A stretch of DNA of 63,929 bases, filler included, from an uncultured Methanosarcinales archaeon (lineage in GTDB: Archaea; Nanobdellota; Nanobdellia; Woesearchaeales; CAZKBD01): assembly GCA_964550945.1 (NCBI GenBank). It is 5 parts of 5 records of this genome, joined end to end, with 100 filler letters (N's around TTAATTAATTAA, not from the genome) between each part and the next. Parts side by side here need not be neighbours in the genome. Positions count along the whole stretch, not along the records: positions 45,034 to 59,745 come from CAZKBD010000045.1; positions 59,846 to 63,929 come from CAZKBD010000124.1; 3 more parts are not named here. One strand, given 5' to 3'. Below, one piece after another: positions 56,499 to 63,929 of the stretch. A program made the translations under genes and the position numbers. How positions within the stretch are numbered: position 1 is the stretch's first letter; each line of letters begins with the position of its first letter. The notes beneath the pieces are model-generated. The model made no database searches. It worked only from the letters and a program-made list of their open reading frames with translations, and had not been told where the DNA came from.

Positions 56499-58916
56499 GT
56501 GGAATTACCTAAAAACTATAATTACAAAGATGCTGAAGAGAAGTGGATAAATTATTGGATAGATGAAGGAATATACAAATTTGATGTTAATGACAATAAA
56601 AAAGAGATTTATTCTATAGATACTCCTCCTCCAACTGTTTCTGGGAAGATGCATCTAGGCCATGCTTTCAGCTATGCGCAGCAGGATTTTGTTGTCAGGT
56701 TTCAACGGATGCTTGGAAAGAATGTTTTCTATCCTTTTGGGACTGATAACAATGGTGTTGCGACTGAGCGATTGATAGAGAAAATGAGGAATATTAAAGC
56801 CAGGAATATGGACAGGGAAGAATTCAGAAAGCTTTGCATGGAAACCTTGGATAAAGAATTAAGGCCAAAATATATTGCAGACTGGAAAAGGATTGGAATG
56901 AGCTGCGACTGGAATATTTTTTATGATACTATAGACGAGCATTCCAGAAAAATTTCACAGAGGTCATTCATCCAGCTTTACAAAGCAGGAAGAGAATATA
57001 GAAAGGATGCGCCAACAATGTGGTGCCCTGAATGTGAGACTGGAATTTCGCAAGTTGAATGCCAAGATAAGGAGCTTGATTCGTTCTTTAATGATATTGT
57101 GTTCAAAGTTGGAGATGAGGAATTGATAATAGCAACAACAAGGCCAGAATTATTACCAGCGTGTGTTGCCGTGTTCTATCATCCAACTGACAAAAGATAT
57201 CAAAAATTAAAAGGCAAAAAGGCTAAAGTGCCATTATTTGATTTTGAGGTTCCTATCCTGCCAGATGCAAGGGCTGATCCAGAGAAAGGAACAGGAATTG
57301 TAATGTGCTGTACTTTTGGCGACCAGACAGATATGGAATGGCAGAAAGCGCATAACCTGCCAATAAAGGTAGCGATAACGCAAGACGGAAAGATGACAAG
57401 CATAGCAGGAAAATATGAAGGCATGTCCATTCAAACTGCAAGGAAGATGATGATTGAGGATATGAAGGATTTAAGATTGCTGTTAAGCCAAGAGCCAATA
57501 AAGCACGCAGTAAATGTCCATGAAAGGTGCGGAACAGAAGTAGAATACCTAAAAACAAAGCAGTGGTTCATAAAATACCTGGATTTAAAAAAAGAGATGC
57601 TAAAATGGGGCAAGAAGCTAAAGTGGTATCCAGATCATATGAGAAGCAGATATGACCACTGGGTTAAAGGATTGCAGTGGGATTGGCTGATCTCAAGGCA
57701 AAGATATTTTGGCGTGCCATTTCCAGTCTGGTATTGCAAGAAATGCGATGAATCGATATTAGCAAGAGAGGAGGACCTGCCCGTGGATCCATTGAAAGAT
57801 AAGCCTGCTATAGAAAAATGCCCTAAGTGCGGCTGTGAAGAGTTTATTCCAGAAAAGGACATATTGGATACGTGGGCAACTTCTAGCTTAACCCCCCAAT
57901 TGTCAATTGAATTGATGCCAGAAAAATGGCAAAAAAGATTGTATCCAATGTCATTAAGGCCGCAAGCCCATGATATAATCACATTCTGGCTGTTTAACAC
58001 AGTTGTTAAATCACAATTACACAATAATTTGAATCCATGGCAGGATGTTATGATTTCAGGGCATGCGCAAGATCCTCATGGAAAGAAAATGTCTAAATCA
58101 AAAGGGAATGTTATTGAGCCTCAGGAAGTAATTCAGAAATATGGAGCAGATTGCTTGAGATTTTGGGCAGCTGGCTCTAAGCTGGGAGATGATTTGCCAT
58201 TCCAGGAAAAGGATTTGGTTACAGGACAAAAGTTTATCACAAAATTATGGAATGCCTCTAAATTTGCATTTATGCATCTTCAAGATTATGATTGTGAAAA
58301 GCCAAAATTGGAAATAGCAGATAAATGGATTCTCTTAAAGTTAAGCATGATAATAAAAGAGTCAACAGAATCTTTTAAAAAATATGAATACGCAAGAACT
58401 AAATCTGATGTCGAGAATTTCTTCTGGCACACCTTTTGTGACAATTATTTAGAGGTTGTGAAAGACAGATTGTATAATCCGGACAAAAGAGGAAAGGAAG
58501 AGAGAAAGTCAGCACAATATGGATTGTATCACAGCTTAGCTGCAATACTCAAGATGATGGCTCCTGTCATGCCATTTGTTACAGAAGAGATTTATCATTT
58601 ATACTATGCCAAGAAAGAAAATACAAAAAGCATCCATATATCCAAGTGGCCTGATTTGAATATTGTTGATAAGAAAGCTGAGAAGATTGGAGATGTCATT
58701 ATAAATGCGGTCCAGGATGTAAGAAGGGCAAAAGCTGAAAAGAATATATCATTAAAAAGCCCTGTCAAGAAGCTGTTAATCAAAGCCAAAATAACTGAAA
58801 ATGATTTTAAGATTATTAAGGACGATATAATAGGGGCTACAAATGCAGAGAATATTGAATTTGAAGCTTTAGACGAGAAATCAGAGATGGATTTTGAGAG
58901 CAAGGTTGAGGTTTAA
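56499..58916 (+). CDS. valS: Valine--tRNA ligase (archaeal type)
   Basis: DTPPPTVSG.MHLGH, TTRPE, DWLISRQR, KMSKS. Confidence 0.96.
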   Translation: MELPKNYNYKDAEEKWINYWIDEGIYKFDVNDNKKEIYSIDTPPPTVSGKMHLGHAFSYAQQDFVVRFQRMLGKNVFYPFGTDNNGVATERLIEKMRNIKARNMDREEFRKLCMETLDKELRPKYIADWKRIGMSCDWNIFYDTIDEHSRKISQRSFIQLYKAGREYRKDAPTMWCPECETGISQVECQDKELDSFFNDIVFKVGDEELIIATTRPELLPACVAVFYHPTDKRYQKLKGKKAKVPLFDFEVPILPDARADPEKGTGIVMCCTFGDQTDMEWQKAHNLPIKVAITQDGKMTSIAGKYEGMSIQTARKMMIEDMKDLRLLLSQEPIKHAVNVHERCGTEVEYLKTKQWFIKYLDLKKEMLKWGKKLKWYPDHMRSRYDHWVKGLQWDWLISRQRYFGVPFPVWYCKKCDESILAREEDLPVDPLKDKPAIEKCPKCGCEEFIPEKDILDTWATSSLTPQLSIELMPEKWQKRLYPMSLRPQAHDIITFWLFNTVVKSQLHNNLNPWQDVMISGHAQDPHGKKMSKSKGNVIEPQEVIQKYGADCLRFWAAGSKLGDDLPFQEKDLVTGQKFITKLWNASKFAFMHLQDYDCEKPKLEIADKWILLKLSMIIKESTESFKKYEYARTKSDVENFFWHTFCDNYLEVVKDRLYNPDKRGKEERKSAQYGLYHSLAAILKMMAPVMPFVTEEIYHLYYAKKENTKSIHISKWPDLNIVDKKAEKIGDVIINAVQDVRRAKAEKNISLKSPVKKLLIKAKITENDFKIIKDDIIGATNAENIEFEALDEKSEMDFESKVEV

Positions 58917-59347
58917 TTGATCATCGCCTTTTCAAGCTCGGTTAGAACTTGATTTGCTTCATTAGTTCTGTCATAAACCTCTTGTCCACGTGTAAATCTT
59001 GGGTGGCTGAAATAACCATTATCACACATTTGCCTTAACAGGGGAACATATGATTTTAAAAAGACCTTTGATCGGTTAGGATCCAAAAGGAAAACCTGCC
59101 CCATATGGATCACTTCTGCTGGATGGATAAACGATTGGTGGGCTAGTCCATCATCGGTTATAGATTCCGTCATTTGCATCAGCAGAATGTCTATATAGCC
59201 TTGAGTGTAGACGCTTACTACACTAGACTCATGCTCACTGCCTTTGCTCCTACCGACAGCTGAGTGATTACGGCCTGAAGAAGTGCTATCTGGTAAATAT
59301 GCTCCTCCTACCCTTCTTAGATGTCCCATAATTGCTGGTCCAGACAT
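58913..59347 (-). CDS. Hypothetical protein
   Basis: 144-aa ORF with GGAGGG SD. Confidence 0.55.
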   Translation of the reverse strand: MSGPAIMGHLRRVGGAYLPDSTSSGRNHSAVGRSKGSEHESSVVSVYTQGYIDILLMQMTESITDDGLAHQSFIHPAEVIHMGQVFLLDPNRSKVFLKSYVPLLRQMCDNGYFSHPRFTRGQEVYDRTNEANQVLTELEKAMIN

Positions 59348-59403
59348 TTTCCCTCCAATTAAAACAGACAGGGGGCCTTTATCTAGCTATTGCCTGTTTA
59401 ACA

Positions 59404-59745
59404 TTATATATTTTTGACACTAACTCCCCCTTTTGTGTCCTCTATGAGATACCCCTTTTCTTTTAACTCGCCCCTTATTTTATCAGCTAAACTATAGTTT
59501 TTATCCTTTCTTGCCTGCTCCCTTAGGTCTACCAGGTTTTGGATTTCTGCTGGGGGGGTTTCTTGCTTTTTGAACTCCAACACACCAATAACCTTATCGA
59601 ATTGCCTCATCATATCTATGACTTTTTTTGCGTCTGATCTGCTTATGATTAATTTGTTTATTTCATTTGTAAGGTTGAATATAACTGCAATGGCTTCTGA
59701 TATATTAAGGTCATCATCCATTTTTTTCTCAAATTTGAGTTTTGC
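59404..59745 (-). CDS. cysS: Cysteine--tRNA ligase C-terminus (cut by gap)
   Basis: MDDDLNISEA, REQARKDKNYSLADKIR...IED. Confidence 0.9.
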   Translation of the reverse strand, partial: AKLKFEKKMDDDLNISEAIAVIFNLTNEINKLIISRSDAKKVIDMMRQFDKVIGVLEFKKQETPPAEIQNLVDLREQARKDKNYSLADKIRGELKEKGYLIEDTKGGVSVKNI

Positions 59746-59845
59746 NNNNNNNNNNNNNNNNNNNNNNNNNNNNNNNNNNNNNNNNNNNNTTAATTAATTA
59801 ANNNNNNNNNNNNNNNNNNNNNNNNNNNNNNNNNNNNNNNNNNNN
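59746..59845. other. Artificial contig linker
   Basis: N-run + TTAATTAATTAA + N-run. Confidence 0.97.
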
Positions 59846-60099
59846 GTATAGAGCAGCGCCCCTATCAAGAACATGAATCCAAGTATAACTAATAAGTCCA
59901 TTGCTCTTGCTAATTCCAGTGACTTCACAAATGGATCTAACAGGCTAGGAGCTAAAGACACAATAATAAATAGCGCCCATAAAAACACCCAAAAACTAAA
60001 CTCTTTTACAGTAAACTCTTTTCTTTTATAATGTAAAAATGTGTAATAAACCATAAACAAGCCAAACAAAGCCCCAATAATCTGTATTCCTAATATCAT
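59846..60099 (-). CDS. DUF2304-like membrane protein (3'-truncated)
   Basis: Three TM helices; ATGA-coupled to GT2 gene. Confidence 0.75.
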
Positions 60100-60755
60100 T
60101 TTGTCAACCGCCACCAAAACATGTTCATTACAATTTTTACTCCATCCATAACAGTAGTTCCTTTATATTTATCTGAGTATATGGTCTTTATTAATATCTC
60201 TTTGTATTTTAGTCTTTTCTTCCCGACATTCGCTATCATCTCAGATTCCATGCTGTAGTCAGAAGCTTGCCACCTTATTTTCTTGTAACTATCAGCTGTA
60301 AAAGCCCTGTAGCCGGATTGCGTGTCTTTTAGGCTGATTTTGAACAATATCCTAGTCGCTAAATTAATGACAAAATTGCCAAACCTTAATATGATGGGCA
60401 TATTTTCAGTTTCTTTCCTGGAGCCAAAAACAATGTCTGCTTCTTTTAATGTTTTAATAAAATTAGGTATCTCTTCTGGGTCATGCTGGGTATCAGCATC
60501 CAGTACAATTAGCATATCTGCTCCTTGAGTTATTGCATAATCACAGCCTGTTTTTAGTGCAGCACCTTTACCAAGATTGACAATGTGCTTCAATGTGACT
60601 GCTCCTGCATTCTTTGCAACATCATATGTCCTGTCAAAGGAGCCATCATCAACAACAATAACCTTATCCACATATCTCTTGGCGTTAGTAACAACATCAG
60701 CTACTCTATTTTCTTCGTTATATGCAGGGATTATTGCAAATATGTTTTCTTTCAT
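60096..60755 (-). CDS. GT2 glycosyltransferase (Dol-P-sugar synthase-like)
   Basis: IPAYNEE, VDDGS, NLGKG, DAD.QH, DTQSGYR. Confidence 0.92.
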   Translation of the reverse strand: MKENIFAIIPAYNEENRVADVVTNAKRYVDKVIVVDDGSFDRTYDVAKNAGAVTLKHIVNLGKGAALKTGCDYAITQGADMLIVLDADTQHDPEEIPNFIKTLKEADIVFGSRKETENMPIILRFGNFVINLATRILFKISLKDTQSGYRAFTADSYKKIRWQASDYSMESEMIANVGKKRLKYKEILIKTIYSDKYKGTTVMDGVKIVMNMFWWRLTK

Positions 60756-63700
60756 TATTCTACAGCTGTTTCATTCGTAGGCATAAATTCCTGTACAATA
60801 TTCTTTTCTGTGCCATTCCAGTCTACCTTCCAAACATATATCTCATTTCCATTAAAGCTCTTTTCATAATTAAAAGGCTTGAAATATCTTAAGCCATGGC
60901 CTTTAAGGTAATACAGCCTTGTGAACATAGAATCTGCCAATTCTGACGATGACATCACAATCTTATAACCTCCTCCATCTGGTACCAAAGTCATCCCAAA
61001 TCCTATGCTGTTATTTTCAAACCTTTTCACTTTCACATCTTTCCCTTCAACATAGACTAATGGATCAGGATGCAAAACTCCTTTATTCGTCGGCACATCT
61101 GCTTGCATTGTAGTCAGGTTAATATACGCAGAAGCTCCCTGGATTATATCACATCTTATCACATTCTCTATTGGCCCAGCGCAACCTCCTGTGCCTATAT
61201 AGCTTGGCCAGGGCGCTATCCAGCTATTTGCTTCATCATTAGTCATAATCGATTTTACCTCATTATAGGTGTTTTTTGATTCATCATACGTTAAATTAAA
61301 CCTATTTTGCAAGAATGAAGTATATAAATCAAGATCATTATTGCCTTCTTTGAATGTGTTGTACATCAATGCTTTATTGAAATCCCAAGAGCCAAAATGA
61401 GCCCACACGCCGGATTTGCCTATCATATCATCAGAAGTTATAAAATAGTTCTCAGGAGCTTCGCAATGAGTATGCGAAAGGAGATCATTAATCTTGCTTT
61501 CATCAAATCCATCCTTAGCCAAATCCGCTTCAGCCTTCTCCTTTTTAAGAGGAATGATTTCATTAAGTACATCCATAGTTTTAGGGGTGTCATTAGTTAT
61601 CTCAAAAATATCACTATATGCATTATTGCCTCCATTGCATTCGCATCCAGAACAATCCAACATTCTCAAAATACCCGCAGCAATAGTTTCGTTGTTTGTT
61701 AATAACGCCTTGCCGATCCAGTATGCCTGTGGCGTATTCTGTGATGTTCCGTCAAAAGTCACTGCTCTATCCCCAATAAACTTAAACCAATGGCCATAAT
61801 CCCACCAGGAATTGATTATCGCATCTGGTTCTGATTCAACTCTTATTTTGTCTAGTGAATTGAACCATGCATCATTGACCATAGGAATGTTATTTTTTGC
61901 AATTGCTTTTGATGATGCCCATGGGCCAATCAGAAGCAGGCTTAGTAATATGATCAGAATTACCTTAACGAGGATCTTGTTTATCTTAAGCTCTTGGATT
62001 ATCCACTGGCTGAGGTAATTATAAACAAAACCCACAGCTACTGCAAAAGCTACACTAAACGCAGGCATTAGCAATAAAGAAAATCTTATGCCTTTTGTGC
62101 TTGCATAGACTGTAGCAACAAACCACAATATCATAATCGAGGCATATTTTATGTCTATGCCTTTAACCGAATTCTTCATATCAATCAAAAACTTTGCTAA
62201 GAGAGGCGCACTTATTAACACAATAAACACCAATACACTATCAGGTTTGATCACAAACATTATTGCCAAATACCACAAGACAGAAAGTCCTAAGAACCGC
62301 CAACTTTGCTTATCTTTTCTTGTTAATAACAAAGCTAATCCCACTAATCCCATGAAAACCAAAAAAGGGCCGCCTAGGGATGTTATGACGCTATTGAGGG
62401 AAGCGGGGTTTTGCTCAGCAACTGTTGTAAATACATTAGGCCAGACACTTGAGATTTCCTTTAACTTCGTAAACCTTATTGGCTCAAATGGCGCATACTT
62501 AAATGTCTGGAAACCCTGGAATAATGATACAAACAAACCCGAGGAAGTTATAAACAATACTATCAACATAACTGTATCTTTTATTTGAGATTGCTTGATA
62601 AAATTAACAACGCCTTTCTTGAGTTCGTCTCTGTTAACAATGATCACATACAGTATGTATACAATAGAAGAGGCTAAAATAAAATCAAAGATATACCACC
62701 AACCTCCCCAGGTAAATGCATACAACCCGACTAAAAAACCAGAGATAGCGCATAAGCTCAATTTTTTTATCATCTTTTCAGATTCAAATGCCTCCAGGAA
62801 CAGCCACGTGATCATTAGAGGAAACAAAATATTATTGGCATCTGTGTCTGCTGACATTGTTCTTGAAATTGATGCTGGGTTGATTGCGATCATTACACCT
62901 GCGATTAAACCGCCAAAATTCCCTGCAAACCTTCGCGCGATAAAAAAAGCAGGGATTATCGAAAGAACAACTAACACAATAGGCACATAAAAAGTGACAT
63001 CCCTTAATTCTAATTGGTTATTGAAGAAATGGATGAATTTGAACAAATAAGCCATAAAATAAGCGTGGAATAGATCAGGTGTAATCGGTCTTCCTGCTGG
63101 AGCAAACATATGGCTATCCCATGCTTGGCCATTTACATATTCATCAGCAGGATGTCCTTTTTCCAGAATATTCCTTGAAAACCTAAGCCAATACCATGGA
63201 TCTAAATCAGTAGGGTAAGTATGGCCATCACTATCTTGCAATTGAGACTTAAAGTAAGAAGAAACGCCATTTAACTGCTCATCAATCTTGTCTTTCTGGG
63301 TTTTTAATACATTCTGGAATTCCCTTTCTACTAATGCATCTTTGTTAGTGTCCGGCAGATTAGGGTATTGTTGGTCTATCTGTGTCCTGATACTTGACCT
63401 TAGCTGGTCATACACAGAACTTTTAGCCCAATCATCAGTTATAGGCAGATAAGCAGGCATTGCTCTCAGATAAATTGCCAGAAACATAGGAATTAAAATC
63501 AAGAATATAACTCCATATTTTTTCATGAACAAGGATAATTTTTTCCAATCAACAGCCAATTCCTGCTCTTGAGTGTTCTCTTTTGCGCCTTCTTTTTTGC
63601 TTTTAAAAATATTTTTAATCTTGCCAAAATCTATGGTTATTTCATCTTCTTCTTTGGCTTTTTCAGTTTCTGATCTAATAATTTCTTTTTCAGTTTTAGC

Positions 63701-63796
63701 TTCGGGTTTTTTCTTCTTGAAGAAATTGGTCACTTTATTCAAATCAATAGATATTTCATCATCTTTGTCGCTATCTTTTTCCATCAAATCCCCCAT
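60755..63796 (-). CDS. aglB: Oligosaccharyltransferase AglB (STT3)
   Basis: DLDPWY, TVAEQ, WWDYG, DMIGK, many TM helices. Confidence 0.94.
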   Translation of the reverse strand: MGDLMEKDSDKDDEISIDLNKVTNFFKKKKPEAKTEKEIIRSETEKAKEEDEITIDFGKIKNIFKSKKEGAKENTQEQELAVDWKKLSLFMKKYGVIFLILIPMFLAIYLRAMPAYLPITDDWAKSSVYDQLRSSIRTQIDQQYPNLPDTNKDALVEREFQNVLKTQKDKIDEQLNGVSSYFKSQLQDSDGHTYPTDLDPWYWLRFSRNILEKGHPADEYVNGQAWDSHMFAPAGRPITPDLFHAYFMAYLFKFIHFFNNQLELRDVTFYVPIVLVVLSIIPAFFIARRFAGNFGGLIAGVMIAINPASISRTMSADTDANNILFPLMITWLFLEAFESEKMIKKLSLCAISGFLVGLYAFTWGGWWYIFDFILASSIVYILYVIIVNRDELKKGVVNFIKQSQIKDTVMLIVLFITSSGLFVSLFQGFQTFKYAPFEPIRFTKLKEISSVWPNVFTTVAEQNPASLNSVITSLGGPFLVFMGLVGLALLLTRKDKQSWRFLGLSVLWYLAIMFVIKPDSVLVFIVLISAPLLAKFLIDMKNSVKGIDIKYASIMILWFVATVYASTKGIRFSLLLMPAFSVAFAVAVGFVYNYLSQWIIQELKINKILVKVILIILLSLLLIGPWASSKAIAKNNIPMVNDAWFNSLDKIRVESEPDAIINSWWDYGHWFKFIGDRAVTFDGTSQNTPQAYWIGKALLTNNETIAAGILRMLDCSGCECNGGNNAYSDIFEITNDTPKTMDVLNEIIPLKKEKAEADLAKDGFDESKINDLLSHTHCEAPENYFITSDDMIGKSGVWAHFGSWDFNKALMYNTFKEGNNDLDLYTSFLQNRFNLTYDESKNTYNEVKSIMTNDEANSWIAPWPSYIGTGGCAGPIENVIRCDIIQGASAYINLTTMQADVPTNKGVLHPDPLVYVEGKDVKVKRFENNSIGFGMTLVPDGGGYKIVMSSSELADSMFTRLYYLKGHGLRYFKPFNYEKSFNGNEIYVWKVDWNGTEKNIVQEFMPTNETAVE

Positions 63797-63929
63797 ATAA
63801 AACAGTTACCAGTTCGGATATAACGCTAATTTATAAATCTTATGAAAATGAAAAGTAAATCATCTAACTTGATGTATACAGAAAAATCCAGCCATGGCGT
63901 TGATGAGGCAAAACAGGTTCGTATACGCA

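Noticed and set aside
14986..59845. TTAATTAATTAA repeated four times at about 15-kb spacing
   Set aside because: Embedded in N-runs with stops in all frames: an artificial contig linker, not biology.
1353..63800. Many short antisense ORFs inside long genes
   Set aside because: Shadow frames of well-supported genes, rich in Ser/Phe/Leu/Ile with no motifs.

Overview
Low-GC archaeal DNA, most consistent with a DPANN (Woesearchaeota-like) genome: AglB, RFC large subunit, L35Ae, translin, archaeal GlyRS/ValRS/ArgRS, TATA-driven genes, class III signal peptide proteins. The window is five contigs joined by artificial N-TTAATTAATTAA-N linkers (14986-15085, 29994-30093, 44934-45033, 59746-59845), so adjacency across them is not real. 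Housekeeping genes are mixed with biosynthetic genes unusual for DPANN (argH, serA end, hisD/C/B/H/F), three MNT/HEPN-type modules, a PIN/RHH pair, a bacterial-type TGT and a secreted peptidoglycan-binding M23 peptidase. The strongest signal is non-coding. All seven tRNA genes I found are interrupted (13 introns, 9 at non-canonical positions, most with readable bulge-helix-bulge splice motifs). The two large T-loop (59/60) introns are built from palindromic modules that also occur free in intergenic DNA, in a MITE with a 10-bp target duplication, and in a 3'-end-duplicated segment behind tRNA-Pro. A second repeat family (TGTCA-arm-TGAGCATGCTCA-arm-TGACA) occurs three times. All analysis was by eye; no searches were run.
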